33,263 bases of DNA. Source: Erysipelotrichaceae bacterium. GTDB lineage: Bacteria; Bacillota_I; Bacilli_A; Erysipelotrichales; Erysipelotrichaceae. This document shows positions 26,152 to 33,263 of this stretch, in pieces; position 1 is the first letter of the stretch; each line of letters opens with the position of its first letter. The position numbers were made by a program, and so were the translations under genes. The notes beneath the pieces are model-generated. The model was not told the origin of the DNA. It searched no databases and worked only from the letters and a program-made list of their open reading frames with translations. The DNA lies in the NCBI GenBank assembly GCA_024709285.1, contig JANJWY010000046.1:1-33263 (forward strand). The letters run 5' to 3'.

Positions 26152-27936
26152 ATGATCAACTGTACCATTAACAATAAACTGATTCGAGTAGAAGATAATA
26201 CGACGATCTTAGAAGCATGCAGAAAAAACGGAATATATATTCCGAGTTTGTGTAATCTTGATAAGATATGTAATTTCGGGACATGTCGTATGTGTATTGT
26301 TGAAGTTGAAAAAGCGAAAACGTTGCAAGCGGCTTGTGTAACGATGGTTCAAGAGGGCATGATCATTAAGACAAACACGTTGAAAGTCACTTCAATGCGC
26401 AAAGTGCTTTATGAACTGCTTTTGTCCGATCATAAACAGCAATGTCTGAGCTGTTCAAGAAATTTAACTTGTGAATTACAGGCTTTGGGAAAAACACTGG
26501 GCATCAAAGAAAGCAGATTCAACTCTTTTGAATCACATCGTAAAAGTGAAATAAGCGTTTCGATTACCAGAGACATGGATAAATGCATACTTTGCCGAAG
26601 ATGTATCAGTGTTTGCAATGAGATACAAGGTGTCGGTATCCTTCATGCTCAAAACAGAGGATATGATACTGTGATTTCCCCGGCCAATGAGTTTGACCTT
26701 GCACAGACGGATTGTATTTACTGCGGTCAGTGCACGATGGTATGCCCTGTTGGAGCTTTGATGGAAACTGATGCCACCGAAACTGTCAGAATAGCTTTAA
26801 ATGATCCGAAGATTCACACGGTCGTCCAGGTAGCACCGGCAATCAGGGTTGCAATCGGTGAAGAATTTGGTTATCCTGCCGGAACACCGGTTACGGGCAA
26901 ACTGTTCTCTGCCTTGCGGGAGTTGGGCTTTAATGACATATTTGATACCAATTTCGCAGCGGATCTGACTGTCATTGAAGAGGGTACAGAGTTTTTGGGC
27001 AGAATTGAAAATGCTTTACTGAAAGGGCAAAGTAAACTGCCGATGGTTACTTCTTGTTCTCCGGGTTGGATAAAATACTGTGAACACAATTTCCCGGATC
27101 ATCTGGATCATTTATCAACGTGTAAGTCTCCGCATATGATGCTTGGATCACTTGTAAAGTCATACTATGCCAAAAAGATTGATGTTGATCCAAGAAATAT
27201 GTTTGTTGTTTCAGTTATGCCATGCACAGCCAAAAAGTTCGAAATCACCCGTGATGAAATGACGTTTGAAAAGCTAAGCAATGTTGATGCTGTTCTTACT
27301 ACTCGTGAATTGGCATCGCTGATAAAATCAGCGGGAATCGATTTTACACTGCTTTCAGACAGTGATGCAGATAATCCTTTAGGATTCAGCAGTGGTGCTG
27401 CGGATATATTTGGTGTGACCGGGGGTGTAATGGAAGCAGCTTTGCGCACCGCATATGAACTCATCACTGGACGTGAGGTGCCGTTTGAACACTTGCATTT
27501 GCAGCAGATTGAAGGATTGGATCCCATAAAAGAAGCATCGATAAAAATTGCTGATCCATTACCGGCATTTAAGTATTTAGAAGATCAGACTTTGCGTATC
27601 GCAGTTGCTAGCGGAGTAAAGAATGCTGAAAAACTGATGAAACAGATTGCGGATGGAACTTCACCATATCACTTTATCGAAATCATGGGATGTCCGGGCG
27701 GTTGTATCAGCGGCGGTGGTCAACCCCGATCTAAGGATCCATTGGTGGCTCAAAAACGTCTGGAAGGATTATTTGCTGAGGATAATCGGAAAGAGATTCG
27801 AAAATCACATCAAAATGCTTTTGTAAATGAGCTTTATGAAGCATTTCTGTTAAATCCCAACAGTCACATTGCTCATGAGTATTTACACACCCATTACGTT
27901 CGTCGCGGTAAGTTCAATGAATTTCTGAAGAAATGA
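26152..27936 (+). CDS. hydA: [FeFe]-hydrogenase catalytic-subunit homolog (M3-type: 2Fe-2S, His-ligated 4Fe-4S, 2x 4Fe-4S, H-domain) with a variant L1 motif
   Basis: L2 is VMPCTAKKFE (Cys358) and L3 is EIMGCPGGCISGGGQP (Cys514, Cys518). L1 reads TSCSPGW (residues 300-306) rather than TSCCPxW. The N-terminus has ferredoxin-type Cys clusters. Confidence 0.8.
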   Translation: MINCTINNKLIRVEDNTTILEACRKNGIYIPSLCNLDKICNFGTCRMCIVEVEKAKTLQAACVTMVQEGMIIKTNTLKVTSMRKVLYELLLSDHKQQCLSCSRNLTCELQALGKTLGIKESRFNSFESHRKSEISVSITRDMDKCILCRRCISVCNEIQGVGILHAQNRGYDTVISPANEFDLAQTDCIYCGQCTMVCPVGALMETDATETVRIALNDPKIHTVVQVAPAIRVAIGEEFGYPAGTPVTGKLFSALRELGFNDIFDTNFAADLTVIEEGTEFLGRIENALLKGQSKLPMVTSCSPGWIKYCEHNFPDHLDHLSTCKSPHMMLGSLVKSYYAKKIDVDPRNMFVVSVMPCTAKKFEITRDEMTFEKLSNVDAVLTTRELASLIKSAGIDFTLLSDSDADNPLGFSSGAADIFGVTGGVMEAALRTAYELITGREVPFEHLHLQQIEGLDPIKEASIKIADPLPAFKYLEDQTLRIAVASGVKNAEKLMKQIADGTSPYHFIEIMGCPGGCISGGGQPRSKDPLVAQKRLEGLFAEDNRKEIRKSHQNAFVNELYEAFLLNPNSHIAHEYLHTHYVRRGKFNEFLKK

Positions 27937-28029
27937 ATAATTAATGGTTCTTAATTACAATTCCTGAATTTGATTCTATACAAAATAGAGGGTATCGAGT
28001 ATAATATATAAGCGAAACGTTTGTTCGAA

Positions 28030-28058
28030 TTGACGAACGCTTTTGCATGTGTTAAACT
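28030..28058 (+). promoter_or_regulatory. sigma-A type promoter of rplU-prp-rpmA
   Basis: TTGACG (28030-28035), 17 nt, TGtTAAACT (extended -10, hexamer 28053-28058). Confidence 0.55.
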
Positions 28059-28163
28059 GACGAAGTTGTACGTCCTAGTGACTGCAACCGCACTTGTTTG
28101 GGTCTAAGTGAGAAATCCACCCAAAGAGGCGAGTCTGAGAAAAAAATGAAGGAGGTGCACGTA
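28059..28163 (+). ncRNA. Structured 5' leader, probable ribosomal protein L21 leader (autoregulatory cis-element of Firmicutes)
   Basis: The ~100-nt untranslated leader lies between the promoter and the rplU RBS, and contains the hairpin TTTGGGT...ACCCAAA. The call rests on position and on known L21 leaders upstream of rplU-ysxB-rpmA; it was not aligned to a covariance model. Confidence 0.45.
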
Positions 28164-28475
28164 ATGTACGCAGTAATCGAAACCGGTGGAAAACAATTAA
28201 AAGTCGAGGTCGGTCAAACCATTTTCGTTGAGAAACTGGATGTTGCCGAAGGAGATGTCGTAACATTCGACAATGTATTGGTTTATTCCAACCGTACGAC
28301 CAAAGTAGGAACTCCCTATATTAAGGGAGCCAAGGTAACCGCTAAAGTTGAGAAACAAGGCAAGGCTAAAAAAATCATCATTGTGAAATACAAGCCGAAA
28401 AAAGGTTCTACCCGCCGCAAACAAGGTCATCGTCAACCGTATACGAAATTAACCGTCGAAACAATCGAGGCTTAA
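28164..28475 (+). CDS. rplU: 50S ribosomal protein L21
   Basis: Starts [14 protein letters not shown] with an AAGGAGGTG RBS. The track start 28098 lies in the leader. Confidence 0.95.
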   Translation: MYAVIETGGKQLKVEVGQTIFVEKLDVAEGDVVTFDNVLVYSNRTTKVGTPYIKGAKVTAKVEKQGKAKKIIIVKYKPKKGSTRRKQGHRQPYTKLTVETIEA

Positions 28476-28479
28476 TCGT

Positions 28480-28797
28480 ATGATTCAGGTGCACGTCAAA
28501 AAAACCAAGGAAGATCAGATTACCTTCATCCGTATCAGCGGACATGCTGAATATGATGTCAAAGGTAAAGATTTGGTTTGTGCAGCAGTCAGTGCTATCG
28601 GCGTTGGTGGACTTAATTCGCTTGACAAGATGGCTACCGGATCGGTCAAAGATGAACTGAATGACAATAAAATCGAAATCACAGTTGTCAGATTTGATGT
28701 CGCTCAGCAAAACATACTTAAAACAATGCTTTACCAGTTGGAAACGGTAGAGTACTCATATTCCAAATATATTCAAATTACGAAACAGGAGGTGTAA
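28480..28797 (+). CDS. prp: Ribosomal-processing cysteine protease Prp (YsxB family)
   Basis: It has the SGHAEY...[10 protein letters not shown] catalytic His/Cys motifs and sits between rplU and rpmA. Confidence 0.9.
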   Translation: MIQVHVKKTKEDQITFIRISGHAEYDVKGKDLVCAAVSAIGVGGLNSLDKMATGSVKDELNDNKIEITVVRFDVAQQNILKTMLYQLETVEYSYSKYIQITKQEV

Positions 28798-28801
28798 GGC
28801 C

Positions 28802-29086
28802 ATGAAATATGTATTAGACATTCAGTTGTTTGCTTCTAAAAAGGGTGTCGGTTCAACTCGTAACGGACGCGATTCTCATTCGAAACGCTTAGGCGCAAAG
28901 AAGTCAGATGGACAATTTACGTTTGCCGGATCAATTTTGTATCGCCAACGTGGTACTAAAATTCACCCTGGAACCAATGTGGGCAGAGGCGGGGACGATA
29001 CGCTGTTCGCTTTGACGGACGGGATCGTGAAATTCGAACGCTTGGGTCGCAACAAGACAAAAGTTTCAGTTTATCCAAACGCATAA
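28802..29086 (+). CDS. rpmA: 50S ribosomal protein L27 with a cleavable N-terminal extension
   Basis: [25 protein letters not shown]; the Prp cleavage motif LFA/SKKG is present. Confidence 0.95.
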   Translation: MKYVLDIQLFASKKGVGSTRNGRDSHSKRLGAKKSDGQFTFAGSILYRQRGTKIHPGTNVGRGGDDTLFALTDGIVKFERLGRNKTKVSVYPNA

Positions 29087-29088
29087 AA

Positions 29089-29108
29089 ATCCCCGTCGGG
29101 GATTTTTT
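29089..29108 (+). terminator. Rho-independent terminator
   Basis: Stem ATCCCC, loop GTC, stem GGGGAT, followed by TTTTTTT. Confidence 0.75.
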
Positions 29109-29124
29109 TAAAGGAGTTTAAGAA

Positions 29125-30399
29125 ATGTTTATAGATCGAGTAAAACTTAAAATAAAAGCAGGAACAGGCGGTAATGGGATCGTCTCTTTCCGCAGGGAAA
29201 AATATGTCCCTTTGGGTGGACCCTATGGCGGTGATGGCGGCAATGGAGGCAATATCGTCTTTATTGTCGACACTCATAAATCTACGCTGTTGGACTTGCA
29301 TTACAAAAAGCACTTGAAAGCGGATGACGGAGTCAATGGCAAAACCAAAAAAATGACTGGTGCCCGTGGAGAAGACAATGTTTTAGCCGTACCTCAGGGA
29401 ACGATCATTAAAGATATATCAACAGGTACTGTAATTGCTGATTTGGTTCATCCGGGTCAAAGTGCTATCATCGCCCGTGGCGGACGCGGGGGACGCGGCA
29501 ACTGGCATTTTGCGACCAGTCGTAATCCTGCGCCGGACTTTTGTGAAAAAGGGGAGCCGGGTGAGGAAAAGGAAATCCAGGTCGAACTGAAACTGCTTGC
29601 TGATGCCGGACTTGTCGGATTTCCATCCGTTGGCAAATCAACGTTCTTATCTGTCGTCAGTGCTGCCCGCCCGGAAATCGCAGATTACCATTTTACCACC
29701 ATCGTGCCGAATCTAGGGGTCGTGGGTATCAATGACGGACGCTCATTTGTTCTGGCAGATTTACCGGGATTAATTGAAGGTGCCCATCAGGGTAAAGGTC
29801 TGGGACATCAGTTTTTGCGTCATATCGAACGGTGCAGGGTCATCATTCACGTCGTTGACATGGGTGCACAGGACGGTCGTGATCCGGTAGAAGATTATCG
29901 CATCATCAATGAAGAACTGGGACAGTATCAATACCGTTTGCTTGAGCGACCTCAAGTCGTCGTCGCAAACAAAATGGATTTGGATCATGCGAAAGAGAAT
30001 CTCAAGCGTTTTAAAGAAGCATATCCGGATGTACAGGTATTTGAGGCTATCACTCTGATTCGCGAAGGATTGGATGCGGTATTATATCGTGTTGCCGACC
30101 TGCTTGATGTCACACCGATATTCTCACTGATGGAACCGGATGAAGACCGTGTCGTGTTTAAGTTTGAAGCTGAAAGACCGGCATTTGAAATTGAGCGCAT
30201 TGGTGATCATCAATGGCGTTTGTATGGGGAAGCCATCGAAAAACGTTATCTGCAAAGCAATCTTGATACAGAGGAAGAGCTTATCCGCTTTTCAAAAGTA
30301 TTGCGGATGTGGGGTGTCGACGATGCGTTGCGCAAAGCCGGAGCAAAAGATGGCGATGTCATTGCATTGATGGACATTACCTTTATTTATGTCGACTAG
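29125..30399 (+). CDS. obg: GTPase Obg/CgtA
   Basis: MFIDRVKLKIKAGTGGNG with a glycine-rich Obg fold, G1 motif GFPSVGKST, DLPGLIEGA, and NKMD. Confidence 0.95.
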   Translation: MFIDRVKLKIKAGTGGNGIVSFRREKYVPLGGPYGGDGGNGGNIVFIVDTHKSTLLDLHYKKHLKADDGVNGKTKKMTGARGEDNVLAVPQGTIIKDISTGTVIADLVHPGQSAIIARGGRGGRGNWHFATSRNPAPDFCEKGEPGEEKEIQVELKLLADAGLVGFPSVGKSTFLSVVSAARPEIADYHFTTIVPNLGVVGINDGRSFVLADLPGLIEGAHQGKGLGHQFLRHIERCRVIIHVVDMGAQDGRDPVEDYRIINEELGQYQYRLLERPQVVVANKMDLDHAKENLKRFKEAYPDVQVFEAITLIREGLDAVLYRVADLLDVTPIFSLMEPDEDRVVFKFEAERPAFEIERIGDHQWRLYGEAIEKRYLQSNLDTEEELIRFSKVLRMWGVDDALRKAGAKDGDVIALMDITFIYVD

Positions 30400-30423
30400 A
30401 TATCCTTCAGGATATCTTTTTTT
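30398..30423 (+). terminator. Rho-independent terminator
   Basis: Stem AGATATCC, loop TTCA, stem GGATATCT (perfect 8 bp), followed by T7. Confidence 0.8.
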
Positions 30424-30434
30424 GTGATTGAGTA

Positions 30435-30443
30435 TGCTATAAT
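30435..30443 (+). promoter_or_regulatory. Extended -10 promoter element upstream of ruvA
   Basis: TGcTATAAT at 30435-30443. Confidence 0.4.
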
Positions 30444-30458
30444 GATAACGGTGATAAA

Positions 30459-31040
30459 ATGATTGCATTTATAAGAGGAAAAGTTCACGCCTTTGGCTTG
30501 GATTGGGTTATTCTGGATACCCAAAGCGTCGGATATCGGATTGGATTTCCGCGCCCGGAAGTACTTAGCCTGAATACAGAAATCTTGCTTTATACTTATC
30601 AGCACATCCGCGAAGACGAGATCAGTCTTTACGGGTTTTTATCTATGGATGAATTACGGCTTTTTGAACAGCTGCTTTCCGTGAAGGGATTGGGTCCGAA
30701 AACCGCCCTCAATATGCTTACAGCCTCATCATATGTTCGGATCATTTCTGCCATTGAATCCAGTGATGTAACTTTCTTAAAAACCATGCCTGGAATCGGT
30801 GCTAAAACGGCATCGCAAATCGTGCTTGATTTAAAAGGAAAACTGATTGAGACTGAGAAGAAGGATAGTAAGGCTTCGGTTGAGATCCAAGATGCAATCG
30901 CTGCTTTGAAATCATTGGGTTACAAAGCATCTGAACTTGCCGGAATCGAAAAATACCTGATATCTTTGAATCTGAGCAGTGTTGATGAATTGATCAAAGC
31001 CGGATTACAATTTCTACTTAAACGCAAAGGAGGTATCTGA
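30459..31040 (+). CDS. ruvA: Holliday junction branch migration complex subunit RuvA
   Basis: MIAFIRGKV...VGYRI...LYGF...[13 protein letters not shown]...LPGIGAKTA (HhH motifs). Confidence 0.9.
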   Translation: MIAFIRGKVHAFGLDWVILDTQSVGYRIGFPRPEVLSLNTEILLYTYQHIREDEISLYGFLSMDELRLFEQLLSVKGLGPKTALNMLTASSYVRIISAIESSDVTFLKTMPGIGAKTASQIVLDLKGKLIETEKKDSKASVEIQDAIAALKSLGYKASELAGIEKYLISLNLSSVDELIKAGLQFLLKRKGGI

Positions 31041-32044
31041 TGGATCGGATTTTAAGCAGTGAAGTCAGTATCACGGATGAAGAAGCAACGCTTCGTCCGT
31101 TTAGTTTAAACGAATATGTCGGACAAACCTCTTTAAAAGATAATTTAAGAGTTTTTATTCATGCAGCGAAAGGACGCAATGAAGCATTGGATCATGTATT
31201 GCTTTATGGCCCTCCGGGACTAGGCAAGACTACCTTAGCACACATTCTCTCGCACGAGATGAATACCAGTATCCGAATTACCAGTGGGCCCAGTATCGAA
31301 CGAGGGGGAGATTTGGCGGCTATTTTGAGCGGTCTTGAAGCCGGAGACGTCTTATTCATCGATGAAATCCATCGTTTGCCAAAAGCTGTGGAAGAAGTGC
31401 TTTATCCGGCAATGGAAGATTACTGTATCGATATCGTGGTAGGAAAAGATGCTTCGACCCGATCGATTCGCTTAGAACTGCCTCCATTTACTTTGGTCGG
31501 GGCAACGACCCGTGCCGGTGATTTAACCGCTCCTTTACGCGATCGATTCGGAATCGTTTCCAAACTGGAATACTACTCAGCAGATGAGTTAGCGCAAATC
31601 GTCGCACGTACTTCCCGTGTTTTAGAAACAGCAATCAGTCAGGATGCCATTGTCGAAATTGCTAAGCGTTCGCGAGGTACACCGCGAATTGCCAACCGGC
31701 TGTTTCGAAGGATCCGTGATTTTGCGCAAGTCTATAATGAAAATATGATCAATCTGGATATTACCAAGATCGCTCTGGATCGTTTGAAGGTCGATGACTT
31801 GGGTCTTGACGAAGTGGACATCCGCTATCTTAGAGGTATCATTGAGCGATTCAAGGGCGGTCCGGTCGGATTGGATGCTTTGGCCAGCAGTATTTCTGAG
31901 GAGCCGATGACGTTGGAAGATGTTTATGAACCTTATCTTATTCAGATCGGATTTATCAATCGCACAGCACGCGGCAGAGTTGCGACATCGAAAGCTTATG
32001 AACATTTGAAGTTATCATATAATCAGCCTTTATTTGAGATGTAA
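31040..32044 (+). CDS. ruvB: Holliday junction ATP-dependent DNA helicase RuvB
   Basis: [12 protein letters not shown], Walker [10 protein letters not shown], Walker [10 protein letters not shown], and [10 protein letters not shown]. It has a TGATG overlap with ruvA. Confidence 0.95.
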   Translation: MDRILSSEVSITDEEATLRPFSLNEYVGQTSLKDNLRVFIHAAKGRNEALDHVLLYGPPGLGKTTLAHILSHEMNTSIRITSGPSIERGGDLAAILSGLEAGDVLFIDEIHRLPKAVEEVLYPAMEDYCIDIVVGKDASTRSIRLELPPFTLVGATTRAGDLTAPLRDRFGIVSKLEYYSADELAQIVARTSRVLETAISQDAIVEIAKRSRGTPRIANRLFRRIRDFAQVYNENMINLDITKIALDRLKVDDLGLDEVDIRYLRGIIERFKGGPVGLDALASSISEEPMTLEDVYEPYLIQIGFINRTARGRVATSKAYEHLKLSYNQPLFEM

Positions 32045-32090
32045 AAAAAGCAGGCGTAACTGTGACAATATCACAGACGTCTGCTTTTTG
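32045..32090 (+). terminator. Rho-independent terminator (long hairpin)
   Basis: GCAGGCGTAACTGTGA, loop CAATA, TCACAGACGTCTGC. It is preceded by A7 and followed by TTTTT. Confidence 0.7.
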
Positions 32091-32123
32091 TTTGTGTAGA
32101 CTTAAGTAGGCAAGGAGGAAACT

Positions 32124-32432
32124 ATGAAAATAGCAAAAATCAATGAAGAAAACTTTGTTCAAGAAGTATTACAGAGCAATCGTCCGGTCATCGTCGATTT
32201 TTATGCGGATTGGTGCGGACCGTGCAAAATGATATCTCCCATCCTTGAAGAAATCGCTTATCAGCAAAACGAAATCAAAATCGCTAAACTGGATGTAGAT
32301 GCATACCCTGCCTTAGCTCAACGATTCGGTGTCATGAGCATTCCGACAGTCATTGCTTTCAAAGGCGGAAAAGAATATAAGCGCCGTATAGGATTTGCCA
32401 ATAAGCAAATACTGTTGGATTTAGTCAGATAA
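32124..32432 (+). CDS. trxA: Thioredoxin
   Basis: WCGPC active site in a 102-aa protein. AAGGAGGA RBS. Confidence 0.9.
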   Translation: MKIAKINEENFVQEVLQSNRPVIVDFYADWCGPCKMISPILEEIAYQQNEIKIAKLDVDAYPALAQRFGVMSIPTVIAFKGGKEYKRRIGFANKQILLDLVR

Positions 32433-33104
32433 CTGCTGAGTCAACTCTTCAAGCTTAGCTAAATCGGTAATTCTTATTTTTCCCCGATACATTTGAATGA
32501 TCCCTTCACTTTGAAGATACTTGAGAATGCGGGTAATGACTTCACGCGCACTACCCAACTCCTTGGCGATGGCATCATGTGTCAGATTCGCAATCAGGCC
32601 ATCATTTTGATTAGCTGTATCGAAAATAAACCGTGCAATTCTTGCCGGCATCGGAGAAAATGCGATTTGTTCCATCGTCCACATCACGTCGGAAAAACGC
32701 TGTGCCAGCAAGTCCAGGGTGAATTGCCGAAACAACGGATTGACCGGATTGATAAGCTCGATGGTTGCAGTCGGGATAATCAGCACGGTCGTGTCGCTTT
32801 GCGCGGTCAGATGAATATCAAATTGCATATTCTTTATAAGACACGAAGCACTCATTACGCATACATCGTAGTTATACAACCTATACAATGTGACTTGCTT
32901 GCCATTGGCAGACTGAATAAATGCCCGCAGCTGTCCATTGACTACTGCCACTAACCCCGAACAGGCTTTACCACCGTGCAAAATCGTTTCATCCTTACGG
33001 AATCTTTTGATCAGTGCTGTATTGCGGATCAACTGAATATGTTCGCCACTGCAATTGGCAGTGATCGGAAAATACGTAGATACCAGGTTTTCGTGAGTTT
33101 TCAT
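32421..33104 (-). CDS. Crp/Fnr-family transcriptional regulator
   Basis: It has an N-terminal cNMP-binding-like beta-roll and a C-terminal HTH (THDAIAKELGSAREVITRILKYLQSEG). There is no N-terminal Fnr-type Cys cluster. Confidence 0.8.
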   Translation of the reverse strand: MKTHENLVSTYFPITANCSGEHIQLIRNTALIKRFRKDETILHGGKACSGLVAVVNGQLRAFIQSANGKQVTLYRLYNYDVCVMSASCLIKNMQFDIHLTAQSDTTVLIIPTATIELINPVNPLFRQFTLDLLAQRFSDVMWTMEQIAFSPMPARIARFIFDTANQNDGLIANLTHDAIAKELGSAREVITRILKYLQSEGIIQMYRGKIRITDLAKLEELTQQLSD

Positions 33105-33137
33105 GCCATAAAACTCCTTTCAGAAAGAGGAAAAACC

Positions 33138-33263
33138 ATGTTCAATTTTTTAAAGGGAAGTAACCGTCTAAATCAGGCTGAAGCCTATCAAATGCTTAAA
33201 GCTGATTCATCCATCTTGGTCGTAGATGTCCGCACACCGGAAGAATTCCGCGAAGGGAAAATT
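33138..33263 (+). CDS. 5' end of a rhodanese-domain protein (runs off the window)
   Basis: AGAGGA RBS, then MFNFLKGSNRLNQAEAYQMLKADSSILVVDVRTPEEFREGKI. VDVRTPEEF..G.I is the typical rhodanese N-terminal motif. The frame is open to the window end. Confidence 0.6.
   Translation, partial: MFNFLKGSNRLNQAEAYQMLKADSSILVVDVRTPEEFREGKI

Noticed and set aside
27165-27527. A 120-aa minus-strand ORF inside hydA.
   Set aside because: It is an antisense shadow ORF with no RBS or promoter context.
27937-27985. An AT-only hairpin (AATTAA...TTAATT) after hydA, considered as a terminator.
   Set aside because: The stem is 6 bp and all A/T, with no T-run. I cannot support a terminator call, so hydA read-through into the rplU promoter region cannot be excluded.
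31622-32005. A 127-aa minus-strand ORF inside ruvB.
   Set aside because: It is an antisense shadow ORF of a highly conserved gene.
32493-32954. A 153-aa plus-strand ORF opposite the Crp/Fnr gene.
   Set aside because: The minus-strand frame gives a recognisable cNMP-binding domain plus HTH protein. The plus-strand product has no recognisable features or RBS.
33105-33137. The palindrome CTTTC-A-GAAAG between the Crp/Fnr and rhodanese genes, considered as a regulator binding site.
   Set aside because: It is largely explained by the two divergent Shine-Dalgarno regions (reverse complement of AGGAG, plus AGAGGA) facing each other in a 33-bp gap.
1-33263. I looked for CRISPR arrays, tRNA/rRNA genes, IS elements, integrases, long repeats and known defence-system genes.
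   Set aside because: None were seen. The intergenic regions are short (mostly under 230 bp) and are explained by promoters, leaders and terminators. The only repeats are the 21-bp palindrome pair and the 11-bp tandem reported above.

Overview
The window looks like a mostly housekeeping chromosomal segment of a low-GC Gram-positive anaerobe (Bacillota). This rests on Prp-processed L27, Firmicute-style RBSs and sigma-A promoters, and an [FeFe]-hydrogenase operon. Almost all genes are on the + strand. In order they are: tex, a GNAT acetyltransferase, two small membrane proteins, and a minus-strand DNA-damage cassette (Y-family polymerase, a 79-aa ORF, an SRAP peptidase) divergent from an XRE-HTH/S24 repressor. 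Then come mscS and a tightly overlapping chain smc-ftsY-ylxM-ackA-nrnA-membrane protein. These are followed by dnaE, an OmpR/HK two-component pair, an N6-adenine-type methyltransferase interrupted by one in-frame TAA, and a DUF554 membrane protein. The last block is a hydC-hydB-hydA operon, rplU-prp-rpmA-obg, ruvAB, trxA, a Crp/Fnr regulator and the start of a rhodanese gene. I saw no rRNA or tRNA genes, CRISPR arrays, transposases, integrases or recognisable defence systems. Two things stand out. (1) The NuoF-like hydrogenase subunit is fused to a complete GltD/NfnB-like FAD/NAD(P)H module. Its partner HydA carries TSCSPGW instead of the canonical TSCCPxW H-cluster motif, and a perfect clostridial-type Rex box sits upstream. 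(2) The damage cassette has two 21-bp palindromes, unlike the Cheo box, placed over both divergent promoters. All functional calls come from motif recognition by eye, since no searches were run. Several ORF-track starts were moved to internal ATGs that have proper RBSs.
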